Both the position numbers and the translations under genes were made by a program. This document shows, one piece after another, positions 10,987 through 20,977 of a stretch of 64,000 bases of DNA (positions within the stretch are counted from its first letter, which is position 1; the number at the start of each line of letters is the position of its first letter). This DNA comes from Candidatus Cloacimonadales bacterium (GTDB taxonomy: Bacteria > Cloacimonadota > Cloacimonadia > Cloacimonadales > DAONDQ01). A model generated the notes under the pieces. That model was not told the DNA's origin, ran no database searches, and saw only the letters and a list, made by a program, of their open reading frames with translations. The stretch is from positions 1,760,001 through 1,824,000 of the forward strand of contig OY759316.1 in assembly GCA_963662275.1 (NCBI GenBank), read 5' to 3'.

Positions 10987-10996
10987 GTTTTCGATG

Positions 10997-11024
10997 AAAC
11001 CGATTCAACAGAATCGGTTTTTTT
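10997..11024 (+). terminator. Rho-independent terminator of the tRNA operon
   Basis: AAACCGATTC-aaca-GAATCGGTTT followed by a T run. Confidence 0.85.
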
Positions 11025-11025
11025 G

Positions 11026-13137
11026 GTTTGCCCAGAATGTTTTCTGCGCCGATGGACTGGAAGAAGTCCTGACACCTAATCAGCGGGAAGTCAACTCGAG
11101 GTCAAGGGCGTTGCCGGCAACGGCAGGGTCTGAAGTAAGACGCAGAGGGAATATGGAACATAGCGCAAGTGAACTGATGTTGGTTTGTAGAGTGGGTAAC
11201 CTTTCTAAAAGTGGGAAAGCCCGAAAGCTGGATAACTCTACAGATTATGACAGATGGCTTCATATTCAGGCAGGAAAACTTAACTGGGGAAGCCTGTTAT
11301 TGTCTACTTAAGGTAGTAGCTTCGATCAAGTTGAAAGACAAGTGAGAAGCCAAGCGGTAGCAGGTGGCAGATGATTCCGTAGTAGTGATTAACCTTTTGC
11401 CTATGAAAGCTGGTGACAGTCTGGAGGATAAAACAAAAGGGACAGCATTCACGGTAATGCTGAGTTCTGTATCTCAAAAGGCTACAGTTCATGCGAAGGG
11501 ATGAAGATAATCCGAAGGCATGATTTGAAATGTGGAAAGTAATCGATGAAAAGTGAGAAACGAAGGAAGAAGCTGAAATGCTTCGAGGCTCGGTTTGACA
11601 GTGGTGACGAACTTCCTTTCAAACCCGACCGCACGAGACTGAGTAATCAGGGAAAGCTGACAAGCCGTAGTTTTGTCATATTGCTATATGCTAAAGAAGG
11701 CAGGACAACCTGATGAAGAGACAATCATCATCGATGAACACCTCAAGACGAATCACAATGAGACAGGAAATGTCATGAGAAAATACTACAGCTTAATCGA
11801 CAAGGTGTACTCCCTGCCCAACCTATATGCTTCCTTCACTTCGGTAAAACGAAATAAAGGTGCATCAGGCATTGATGGGCAGAGTATAGAAAACTTTGAC
11901 GAACAACTGGCAGTGAACATCAACCAACTTCACGACGAACTAATGGCAGGTACTTACGAGCCTTCACCGGTAAGACGTGTAGAGATACCCAAACCCAATG
12001 GCAAAATGAGACCGCTAGGCATTCCAACGGTAAGAGACAGAGTAGTGCAGCAGGCAATCCTGAATATCATACAACCGATATTTGAGCCTGACTTCCATCC
12101 GTCCAGTTATGGCTACAGACCGCATCGGTCTTGCCAACATGCCGTAGCGAAAGCTCAGCGTTTTCTTACAGCGTACAATTTGGGTTATGCTGTGGATATG
12201 GACTTATCCAAGTGTTTTGACACCTTAGACCACGAACTGATATTGAGCCGTCTGAACAGGAAAATCAGTGATGGTACATTGCTGAGATTAATCAGCCGTT
12301 TTCTCAAATCAGGAGTAATGGTCGATGGGGATTTCAAAGCTACTGAGATAGGCAGTCCGCAAGGTGGAGTAATCTCACCCTTATTGATGAATATCTATCT
12401 GGATGAGTTTGACCAGAGGATGAAACAGCGGAATATCAGGATAGTACGTTATGCTGATGACATCCTGATATTTGCTCCGACCAGGAAAAAGGCAGAGCAA
12501 TATCAAAGGATAGCGACAGCGATACTTGAAGAACTTCGCTTGCAAGTCAATCTGGAAAAGACTCATATCAGCAGTGTCGAAACAGGAATCAGCTATCTGG
12601 GATTTTTCATCAAAGGAAGCCGTGTCTGCATCGACAAGGAGCGTTTGAAACGTTTCAAGGATAAGATACGTAAGCTTACTCCCCGCAACAGTGGCATCCC
12701 AATATCCATGACGATAGGAAGCCTGAATCCTGTACTAAGGGGATGGGGTAACTATTTCAAAGTTGCGAGTTGTAAAAGCATCTTTGCGAGCCTGATGGAA
12801 TGGATACGAAGGAGGCTTCGAATGAAGAAGATGCGTGAATGGAAGAGCTGGAAAGCATTCCATAAAGCAATGCGCAGACAAGGCTTCAAGGGAGAATGCC
12901 CAAAACTATCTATGACCAGATGGCGTAACGCTCAGAGCTTCCACTTATGCTTTGCCTTGCCGAACAAGTGGTTTGAAGAAATGAAGTTGTTTGATTTGAC
13001 ATCACTTCAGACAAGTGTTTTATTTAATTACTACGAGTAATTACAAGGATTATCAGGAGCCGTGTACGAGACCCGTACGCACGGTTCTGTGAGAGGGATG
13101 ATGCTGGAATTAATTAGCCAGCATCACCCTACTCGAT
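11026..13137 (+). mobile_element. Group II intron, bacterial class C (IIC)
   Basis: Begins GTTTGCCCAG just after the terminator (5' end uncertain by a few nt); DI closes at TAACTGGGGAAGCCTG; DV GAGCCGTGTACG..CGTACGCACGGTTC; DVI hairpin ending CCCTACTCGAT. Confidence 0.9.
11775..13040 (+). CDS. ltrA: Group II intron reverse transcriptase/maturase, no endonuclease domain
   Basis: GIDG, RPLGIPTVRDRVVQQ, GSPQGGVISP, RYADD, X-domain LNPVLRGWGNYF; ATG 11775 after ACAGGA preferred over 11673. Confidence 0.95.
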   Translation: MRKYYSLIDKVYSLPNLYASFTSVKRNKGASGIDGQSIENFDEQLAVNINQLHDELMAGTYEPSPVRRVEIPKPNGKMRPLGIPTVRDRVVQQAILNIIQPIFEPDFHPSSYGYRPHRSCQHAVAKAQRFLTAYNLGYAVDMDLSKCFDTLDHELILSRLNRKISDGTLLRLISRFLKSGVMVDGDFKATEIGSPQGGVISPLLMNIYLDEFDQRMKQRNIRIVRYADDILIFAPTRKKAEQYQRIATAILEELRLQVNLEKTHISSVETGISYLGFFIKGSRVCIDKERLKRFKDKIRKLTPRNSGIPISMTIGSLNPVLRGWGNYFKVASCKSIFASLMEWIRRRLRMKKMREWKSWKAFHKAMRRQGFKGECPKLSMTRWRNAQSFHLCFALPNKWFEEMKLFDLTSLQTSVLFNYYE

Positions 13138-13194
13138 TGTCTTAATGAAAAAAGATTTGACGAGTATATTGAAATATAACATTATAATATAACA

Positions 13195-13355
13195 GTAGGG
13201 ATAGACCCATGTGTCTATCCTCCGATTTTAAATAATGCATCATTGTATAAGATGATATGGACAAACACATGGGTTTATCCCACTTGCTACGAAGGATAAA
13301 CACATGGGTTTATCCCTACTTACCAGGAATGATAGGCACACGGGTCTGTCCCTAC
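13195..13355. repeat. Cluster of four GTAG-type REP-like palindromes (family A)
   Basis: GTAGGGATAGACCCATGTGTCTATCC plus three inverted variants ending CCCTAC/CCCAC; an identical 26-mer recurs at 29429. Confidence 0.8.
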
Positions 13356-13372
13356 AAAAGATGGAGATGCTG

Positions 13373-14614
13373 ATGGAAATAATCAAGACGAATTGTCTCT
13401 CACCAATTAACGCTAATGAAGTACTCTATTTACCTGACCACTACATCATGATAGAAGATGGTAAAATATTCAATATAACCCCCAACCTGCCTTCTGGTAT
13501 GAAAGACTATTTTATAGACGCTACAGATTGTATCTGCATACCCGGTCTCATCGACATACATGTTCATCTTTCCCAGTGGTTTGCGCGAGGTAAGTACAAA
13601 CCTGATCTCATTGAATGGCTGGAGACCTATATATTTGAGGAAGAAGCTAAATTCAAGGATCCGGTCTATGCACGTTATGTAGCAGAGAAGTTCTTCCAGG
13701 CTCTCATCAGTAATGGAACAACCTGTGCCGTCATCTATGTGGCTGCCTTCAAGGAAGCTACTGACCAGGCTTTCCAGGTTGCTGAAGAATACGGCTACAG
13801 ATGTATCATGGGAAAGACGATGATGGACAGTAATTGTCCTGATTTTATACGTGAAGATACAGATCAATCTATGCAGGAAAGCATTTCTCTCTTTGAAAAG
13901 TGGAATGAAAAGACACCTTTGCTCAACTATGTTTTTACTCCTCGTTTTGCTCCTGTTTGTTCCCTCAAACTTCTCAGAAAGATAGGTGCTTTTGCCAGGA
14001 TGAACAACGCCTATATCCAATCCCATCTCTCAGAGAATATCAATGAACTGGATTGGGTACATAAGCTGTATCCTGAATACAAGAATTATACAGATGTTTA
14101 TGCTCATACTGATACTCTTGGACCAAAGACGATTATGGCTCATTGTATACATTTGAATGAAGATGAGATAGAAATACTCAAAAAGACTGATACCCGCATT
14201 GCACATTGTCCCGATTCTAATTTCTATTTGAAAAGCGGTATGATGCATTATCATAAGTTAAAGAAGAATCATATAAAAATCGGCTTGGCATCAGATGTTG
14301 GAGCAGGTACAAGCTTAAATATGTTCTATCATATGAAGATGGCTAATTTCAGACAGAGTCATGATATCATATTACCCCAGGAAGCATTCTATTTGGCAAC
14401 TCTCGGTGCTGCCAAAACAATCAGTAAAGAAACTACGATTGGTTCTTTGGAAGTCGGGAAGGCAGCAGACCTGACCTTCGTTGAATTTGCTGATACTAAA
14501 GACAGGACAGCAGAAGAGATCGTTTCAGAACTGGTATTTACCGGTATGGAAAAAAGGATTCGTTACGTATATATCAATGGATCAAAGAAGTATCCATTTG
14601 CCTCTAAATCTTAA
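13373..14614 (+). CDS. guaD: Guanine deaminase
   Basis: PGLIDIHVHLSQ, TPRFAPVCS, QSHLSEN, HCPDSN, SDVGAG; start chosen after GGAG because the upstream extension is REP-derived. Confidence 0.9.
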   Translation: MEIIKTNCLSPINANEVLYLPDHYIMIEDGKIFNITPNLPSGMKDYFIDATDCICIPGLIDIHVHLSQWFARGKYKPDLIEWLETYIFEEEAKFKDPVYARYVAEKFFQALISNGTTCAVIYVAAFKEATDQAFQVAEEYGYRCIMGKTMMDSNCPDFIREDTDQSMQESISLFEKWNEKTPLLNYVFTPRFAPVCSLKLLRKIGAFARMNNAYIQSHLSENINELDWVHKLYPEYKNYTDVYAHTDTLGPKTIMAHCIHLNEDEIEILKKTDTRIAHCPDSNFYLKSGMMHYHKLKKNHIKIGLASDVGAGTSLNMFYHMKMANFRQSHDIILPQEAFYLATLGAAKTISKETTIGSLEVGKAADLTFVEFADTKDRTAEEIVSELVFTGMEKRIRYVYINGSKKYPFASKS

Positions 14615-14629
14615 GAAGCGGGGAAATCT

Positions 14630-16162
14630 ATGCATCATATTAAAATACACTTTTACCTGAATGAACGGGAAATGGATTTGACCATTTCTCCTGATCTATC
14701 AGCACTTCAATTGATACGCGAACATGCAGGGCTTTCAGGTACAAAGGAAAGCTGTTCCGAAGGGGATTGTGGAGCCTGTACGATTGCTGTCGGGAAATGG
14801 GAATATGACAAATTCGTTTATCGTGCATTCAATTCCTGTATCATGCCCGCAGTGAAAATGCATGGTATGCATGTTGTGACTGTGGAAGGCTTGGGTACTC
14901 CAGTAAATATGCATCCAATCCAAAAAGCCATGCTGGATGCACACGGTACGCAATGCGGATATTGCACTCCAGGCTTTATTATGTCATTGTTCTGTGTTTT
15001 TTCACTGAATTCCGATCCTGATATGGAAGAAGTGAAAGCTTCTCTCGAAGGCAATTTATGCCGTTGTACCGGGTATGAAGCAATTTTCAAAGCGGTTGAA
15101 CAAATTCGTAACTGGAGAAACAGCAATTCAGAGCATCATTTTTATCCAACTCACTTTCTTCCCATACATGAAAAGCTACATACTTTTGAAAAGGTGATAG
15201 AGTTTGTTCAAGTCAATGGGAATAATATAGATACTGTTAAAGAATACGTAGTACCGAAAAGTATGAAAGATTTATTTGAAGTTCTTGCTAACATGAAAGA
15301 TAGTAAGAGTTATCGTATCATTGCCGGGGCTACCGATCTCCTGGTGGATGCTAATATCAAGGGACAATGGTATCCTGTATATATTGATATTTCCACAATT
15401 CCTGAACTGAAGATATTGAAGGATGATCCGAAGAATATATGGATATGCGCAGCAGTCACTCAATCAGAAGTGATCGAATCATCTCTGATCTGGGAAAAGA
15501 GTCCGATTCTTGCCAAAGCTGTATCAAAAATGGGTTCAAAGCAAACAAGGAATGCTGCAACCCTCGTTGGTAATATTGCCAATGCGTCACCCATTGCGGA
15601 TGGAGCGACTGCCCTGTTAGGTTTGGGGGCATATGTTGAACTCATGTCCGAAGGAAAGCAGCGTTCTATTCTTCTAGAGCAATTCTACAAAGGTTATAAA
15701 GCAACTGATCTGCAACCGGGTGAGATCATCGGCTGTGTTTTGGTTCCTCATCAGAAAGGATTTTGTTCTTTTGAGAAGACAGCAAAGCGTATTGCTGTTG
15801 ATATTTCAACAGTCAATTCACTACTCAATATCAGGATTGAGAATGATCTTGTTCAATATGCACGTATCGCCTTTGGTGGTATTGCTCCCTATCCGATTTT
15901 AGCAAATCAGACGATGGAATTCCTAGTAGGAAAGAAGATTACAGAATCAGTTATCAATGAAGCTGCTGAAATTGCTATGCAAGAATTCAAACCAATCGGT
16001 GATGTCCGCGGTAGTATGGAATATCGTCAGCTTTTAATACGAAATCACATCAGGAAACATCTGAATAAATATCTTGTAAAGCAAGACTCCGTTGTGGGAC
16101 AAGATTCCGATCTTGTTGAATCTGCAGTCCAAGATGCTCATACTCCCGGAGGTGAATTATGA
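14630..16162 (+). CDS. xdhA: Xanthine dehydrogenase small subunit (2x[2Fe-2S] + FAD)
   Basis: GTKESCSEGDCGACT, QCGYCTPG, NLCRCTGY, AGATDL, GNIANASPIADG. Confidence 0.9.
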   Translation: MHHIKIHFYLNEREMDLTISPDLSALQLIREHAGLSGTKESCSEGDCGACTIAVGKWEYDKFVYRAFNSCIMPAVKMHGMHVVTVEGLGTPVNMHPIQKAMLDAHGTQCGYCTPGFIMSLFCVFSLNSDPDMEEVKASLEGNLCRCTGYEAIFKAVEQIRNWRNSNSEHHFYPTHFLPIHEKLHTFEKVIEFVQVNGNNIDTVKEYVVPKSMKDLFEVLANMKDSKSYRIIAGATDLLVDANIKGQWYPVYIDISTIPELKILKDDPKNIWICAAVTQSEVIESSLIWEKSPILAKAVSKMGSKQTRNAATLVGNIANASPIADGATALLGLGAYVELMSEGKQRSILLEQFYKGYKATDLQPGEIIGCVLVPHQKGFCSFEKTAKRIAVDISTVNSLLNIRIENDLVQYARIAFGGIAPYPILANQTMEFLVGKKITESVINEAAEIAMQEFKPIGDVRGSMEYRQLLIRNHIRKHLNKYLVKQDSVVGQDSDLVESAVQDAHTPGGEL

Positions 16163-18483
16163 AACAAGCACAATTCATCAAACAAATAAAAGCAACCAAG
16201 CATATCAGCGGACATCTGCATGTGACTGGTACTTCCAAGTTCATCGGCGATGAGATCCGTCCCACAGGTATGCAGAGCATTAAGCTTGTTTTCAGTCCTT
16301 TTGCTCATGCTGAAATTGTATCTATAGACACCTCAGAAGCATTGGCTGTGGAAGGTGTGAAAGCTGTTCTAACATGGAAGGATATTCCTGGAGAGAACCA
16401 AGTAAGTCATCTTTTTCATGATGAGCCTCTCCTGCCTGAAACAGAAGTTATCTATGTCGGTCAGCCAGTTGTGATTGTCGTTGCAAAGAACGAAAAGATA
16501 GCTGAATATGCATCTAAATTAGTAAACATCGAATATAAAGAACTGATACCAGTTCTCACTGTGGAAGAAGCACTTGCCAACAATATGCTATATGTACCCG
16601 AAAGAAAGATCGAACGGGGAAACGTATCTCATTATTATGAATTTGCTCCACACAGATTGTCAGGGGTTGTACAGACAGGTACTCAGGAACAGTTTTACAT
16701 GGAATCCCAACGCTGTTGGGCTATTCCTTCCGAAGACGGGGAATTAACCCTGTATTCGGCAACCCAAAGTACATCTGAAGTGCAGGAAACAGCAGCCCAT
16801 GTGTTAGGTAAGCGAAGCAAGGACATCACGGTAGATGTCAAACGTCTTGGTGGTGCCTTTGGCGGAAAGGAAAGCGGTGCAACCCTTTGGGCTTGCCTGG
16901 CTGCTCTGGCTGCTGATCATACACAGATGCCGGTTGAATTGAAACTGACCAGGCTGGAAGATATGACTGCCACAGGGAAGCGCAATCCATTCAAAATGCA
17001 TTATAAAGTTGGTTTTGATGATGATGGCAGGATACTTTCTTATGATATTACACATGATGTGAATGGCGGAGCCTGTACAGATCTCACGGTTGCCATCATG
17101 GAAAGAGGGATGCTGCATTCAGATAATACTTATTATCTTCCCAATGTTCGTATCATTGGTCATGCCTGTCGAACCAATCTTCCACCCAACACCGCCTTTA
17201 GAGGATTTGGTGCACCCCAGGGCATCTTTGCCATTGAAACTGTCATGCATCGTATGGGCAGATATCTGAAGAAAGATCCGAACGAAATTAGAAAAGCCAA
17301 TTTCTATAAAGAAGGCGAAACTACTCCCTATCAACAAATCATTCATGAAGAATGCAGCCTGGAATTATTAAAAAAATTGGAAGAGACAGCCCAATATACA
17401 AAATTAAAAGAAGAAGTGAAAGCCTTCAATCAAACTCATAAAGATGTGAAACGCGGTATTGGGACGACACCCGTCAAATTCGGTATTTCCTTTACGACTG
17501 CTTTCTTAAACCAAGGCTCTGCACTGGTACTCGTTTATACTGACGGTACAATCTCCTTAAGCCATGGCGGTATTGAAATGGGACAGGAGATCAATACCAA
17601 GGTTGCACAAGTAGTTGCCCGCGTGCTGGGAGTCAGTATAGAGCACATTAAACAGGAAAGTTCAAATACAAAGCGTACGGCGAATGCCTCTCCAACGGCT
17701 GCATCCTCAGGTTCTGATATCAATGGTAATGCTGCCAGGATTGCTGCTGAAAAGATCAGAGCACGACTAGCCCAGGCAGCTTGTGATTATTTTACTGAAC
17801 ACAAGCTGGGTAATTTTCAACCGGAAGACATTATCTTCGCTTCCGACCAGGTATATTCAGATTCCAAACAGGAAGAATCTGTTTCCTTTAAAGATCTTGT
17901 CATGTACGCCTACCTTCACAGTATAGATCTCTGTGCTCATGGTTTTTACAGCACTCCCGGTATTTGGTATGATCGTGACAAAGGAGAAGGCAATCCCTTC
18001 TATTATTTTGTATATGGTGTAGCTCTTGTTGTGATGGAAGTGGATGTCTATACAGGTATGAATCGGTTGGTGGATGTCATTATTGTTCATGAAACAGGGG
18101 AGAGTCTGAATCCGGAAGTAGATAGAGGGCAGGTCATTGGTGCTTTTTACCAGGGATATGGCTGGTCAACGATGGAAGAAGAAGTATATGACTCCAAAGG
18201 TCGTTATCTTGCCTTGACACCATCCACCTATAAATTTCCATGTATTCGTGATTATCCGGACAGGTTAATCATCGAATTAATTGATAGAAAACGAGTTCAT
18301 TCCAGTGTTATGGGAAGCAAGGCAGTCGGCGAACCACCATTAGTATATGGTGAAGCTGCCTATTTTGCCATTCGTGATGCGATTGAATCCATGAGTGATT
18401 TTACTCGTGAAGCAGACCTTCAAATGCCTGCTACCCCTGAAGCCACGCTGATGGCAATTGAAAGAATAAAGGAGAAACAATGA
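16159..18483 (+). CDS. xdhB: Xanthine dehydrogenase molybdopterin subunit
   Basis: GGAFGGKE, AFRGFGAPQG, KFGISFT, SPTAASSGSD, KAVGEPP. Confidence 0.9.
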   Translation: MKQAQFIKQIKATKHISGHLHVTGTSKFIGDEIRPTGMQSIKLVFSPFAHAEIVSIDTSEALAVEGVKAVLTWKDIPGENQVSHLFHDEPLLPETEVIYVGQPVVIVVAKNEKIAEYASKLVNIEYKELIPVLTVEEALANNMLYVPERKIERGNVSHYYEFAPHRLSGVVQTGTQEQFYMESQRCWAIPSEDGELTLYSATQSTSEVQETAAHVLGKRSKDITVDVKRLGGAFGGKESGATLWACLAALAADHTQMPVELKLTRLEDMTATGKRNPFKMHYKVGFDDDGRILSYDITHDVNGGACTDLTVAIMERGMLHSDNTYYLPNVRIIGHACRTNLPPNTAFRGFGAPQGIFAIETVMHRMGRYLKKDPNEIRKANFYKEGETTPYQQIIHEECSLELLKKLEETAQYTKLKEEVKAFNQTHKDVKRGIGTTPVKFGISFTTAFLNQGSALVLVYTDGTISLSHGGIEMGQEINTKVAQVVARVLGVSIEHIKQESSNTKRTANASPTAASSGSDINGNAARIAAEKIRARLAQAACDYFTEHKLGNFQPEDIIFASDQVYSDSKQEESVSFKDLVMYAYLHSIDLCAHGFYSTPGIWYDRDKGEGNPFYYFVYGVALVVMEVDVYTGMNRLVDVIIVHETGESLNPEVDRGQVIGAFYQGYGWSTMEEEVYDSKGRYLALTPSTYKFPCIRDYPDRLIIELIDRKRVHSSVMGSKAVGEPPLVYGEAAYFAIRDAIESMSDFTREADLQMPATPEATLMAIERIKEKQ

Positions 18484-20969
18484 AACCAAAGCATGATAAA
18501 GTCTATTTATCCGATGCACAACTAAAAGCTGAGTTTAATAAATGTGAATTTTGTGAAGAAAAGCCCTGCCGTGATGCCTGTCCTGCCGACTGTTCACCCA
18601 CAGATTTCATTCGTGCTGCCAAGCTGATGAAACCAGTTGACTATCAGCGTGCTGCTGCCATAATCCTTGGCAGCAATCCTCTCGGTGGTATTTGTGGACA
18701 CACTTGCCCTGATTATCACTGTATGAAAGCTTGTGTACACAAAAATTTCAATGAAGCAGTCAAAATACCGGAAGTCCAGGCAACCATCATTCACAATGCA
18801 CGTAAATTCAAAGTTGAACCGCTATTCCTAAAAGCCAAATGGAATAGGAAGAATATAGCCATCGTCGGAGCAGGTCCTGCTGGAATCGGTGCTGCTGCTG
18901 TACTGGGACAGCTTGGTTATGGTGTGACATTATTCGAAAAGTCTTCTCATGCTGGCGGTATGTGCCATTACATCCCTGATACAAGATTACCCAAGTCCGT
19001 GTTGAAAGCAGATCTGCAATTTTTAAAGAAACTCGGTAAGATAGAATATCAATTCGGAAAGGAAATCGCTGATCCTTCATTGTTATTGAAACAGGATTTT
19101 GTAGCTGTGATAGTTTCAACAGGTTTGGATAAGCCAATGAAACTGAATATCCCCGGTTCTGATAAAACACTCGATTGGTACCAATATCTTTCCCAATCTC
19201 AGACCCAACCAAGCCGTCGTGTTGCCATCATCGGTGGTGGTGCAATTGCCTTGGATTGTGCCTTGAAAGCTCTTGAGAATTCTGCAGAACAGGTTGATCT
19301 GATTTGTCTTGAAGTACCTTCTGAAATGCCTTTAACTTCCAAGGAAAGAGCACATCTCATGAATGAGAATATTGGAGTTATCGGTAGAACCAGTATCACT
19401 GAAATTACGCATGCTGATCATTCTTTTAAGCTAAAAGGAAATAAAGTTCAATTAAAGAAAGGACTCGATTTCTCACCCATGAATGTAGAGCCCGTATTCG
19501 GCTCTGAACTTCATTTACCCGGCTACGATATTGTCATTTTCGCTATTGGCAGTCGCAGCTCTTCACCCAAGATAGCCCATAAGGGTGTTTTCTATACAGG
19601 TGATATGATGCATGGAGCCACGACTGTGGTTGAAGCAGTCGCAACCGGAAAGAATACTGCCACTGAAGTAGATGGCTGGATTCAAAATAGGAAACGTGCA
19701 GCCCATTCACAAAAAGCCAAGAGCCATGTCATTCTTCATGGAAGAAACATGATTCCAATTGGCTTGGAAAGTGACTTCTTTGGACGTAAGATCATTTCTC
19801 CCTTTATTCTTTCAGCCGCTCCACCATCAGATGGTTATGAACAAATGAAGAAAGCCTATGATGCCGGTTGGGCTGGCGGTGTGATGAAAACTTGCTTTGA
19901 TGATGTCGATATCCATATTCCAGGTGAATACATGTTCCAGATCAATGATACGACCTATGGCAATTGTGATAACGTTTCCGGTCATCCTCTCAACAGGATA
20001 TGCAAGGAAATCGGGCAATTGATCAAGGAATATCCTGATCGCTTGACTATGGCTTCTACTGGTGGACCTGTCACAGGGAAAGACAAGAGTGACAAGAAAG
20101 TATGGCAGTCAAATACCCTGAAACTGGAAAAAGCCGGTGCGATGGGTATCGAATACAGTCTCTCCTGCCCCCAGGGCGGGGACGGAACAAAAGGCGATAT
20201 CGTTTCCCAGGATGCTGAATTGACAGCAAAGATCATTGACTGGGTCATGGAAGTCAGTAATCCTGAAATTCCAAAACTCTTCAAACTGACAGCTGCTGTC
20301 ACAGCAATTTATCCTATTATGAAAGCCATACAGGACGTCTTTAAGAAATACCCCGGTAAAAAAGCTGGTGTGACATTGGCTAATACATTCCCAAGCATGG
20401 CATTCCGTCCGGGAAGCAAGGAAAACTGGGATGAGGGAATTGTCGTAGGTTTATCCGGCGAAGGTGTGATTCCAATTAGTAACCTGACTCTCGCGAATGT
20501 CGCTCGTTTCAAGATGAATATTTCCGGGAATGGCGGCCCCATGGATTATAAAACGGCTGCAGATTTCCTGGCTCTCGGTGTCAAGACAGTTCAATTCTGC
20601 ACGATCGCTATGAAACATGGTTATGGTATCATCGATGACTTGCATTCAGGTTTAAGTTATCTTCTTCAATCCAAAGGTTTGAAATCAGTTGAAGAACTCA
20701 TTGGTATTGCGTTACCAAATCCAATTACCGGCTTCATGGAATTAACAAGTAAGAAGAAGATTTCAGACGTTGTCGGTTCCTTATGTCAGCATTGTGGTAA
20801 TTGCACACGCTGTCCTTACATGGCAATTGAACTCGATAAAGATAAAATTCCTTCAACAGATCCATCCAAATGCATCGGCTGTTCCATTTGTGCTCAAAAG
20901 TGTTTCTCAAGCGCTTTGTTTATGAGAGACAGAACTGCCGAAGAATTGAAACAATTAAAAGAAGACTAG
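18480..20969 (+). CDS. Single-chain dihydropyrimidine dehydrogenase-like flavoprotein (PreT-PreA fusion)
   Basis: N-terminal GltD-type Cys clusters; GAGPAG and GGGAIA dinucleotide folds; FMN barrel with SCP and ANT; two C-terminal ferredoxin motifs. Confidence 0.8.
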   Translation: MKPKHDKVYLSDAQLKAEFNKCEFCEEKPCRDACPADCSPTDFIRAAKLMKPVDYQRAAAIILGSNPLGGICGHTCPDYHCMKACVHKNFNEAVKIPEVQATIIHNARKFKVEPLFLKAKWNRKNIAIVGAGPAGIGAAAVLGQLGYGVTLFEKSSHAGGMCHYIPDTRLPKSVLKADLQFLKKLGKIEYQFGKEIADPSLLLKQDFVAVIVSTGLDKPMKLNIPGSDKTLDWYQYLSQSQTQPSRRVAIIGGGAIALDCALKALENSAEQVDLICLEVPSEMPLTSKERAHLMNENIGVIGRTSITEITHADHSFKLKGNKVQLKKGLDFSPMNVEPVFGSELHLPGYDIVIFAIGSRSSSPKIAHKGVFYTGDMMHGATTVVEAVATGKNTATEVDGWIQNRKRAAHSQKAKSHVILHGRNMIPIGLESDFFGRKIISPFILSAAPPSDGYEQMKKAYDAGWAGGVMKTCFDDVDIHIPGEYMFQINDTTYGNCDNVSGHPLNRICKEIGQLIKEYPDRLTMASTGGPVTGKDKSDKKVWQSNTLKLEKAGAMGIEYSLSCPQGGDGTKGDIVSQDAELTAKIIDWVMEVSNPEIPKLFKLTAAVTAIYPIMKAIQDVFKKYPGKKAGVTLANTFPSMAFRPGSKENWDEGIVVGLSGEGVIPISNLTLANVARFKMNISGNGGPMDYKTAADFLALGVKTVQFCTIAMKHGYGIIDDLHSGLSYLLQSKGLKSVEELIGIALPNPITGFMELTSKKKISDVVGSLCQHCGNCTRCPYMAIELDKDKIPSTDPSKCIGCSICAQKCFSSALFMRDRTAEELKQLKED

Positions 20970-20977
20970 GAGGATAA

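Noticed and set aside
10994..11492. ORFs 10994-11311 and 11304-11492
   Set aside because: They overlap structured intron RNA and show no protein motifs
11775..13040. RT as part of a retron, DGR or defence system
   Set aside because: Group II intron DV/DVI follow the ORF, a maturase X domain is present, and no TR/VR pair or accessory gene was seen
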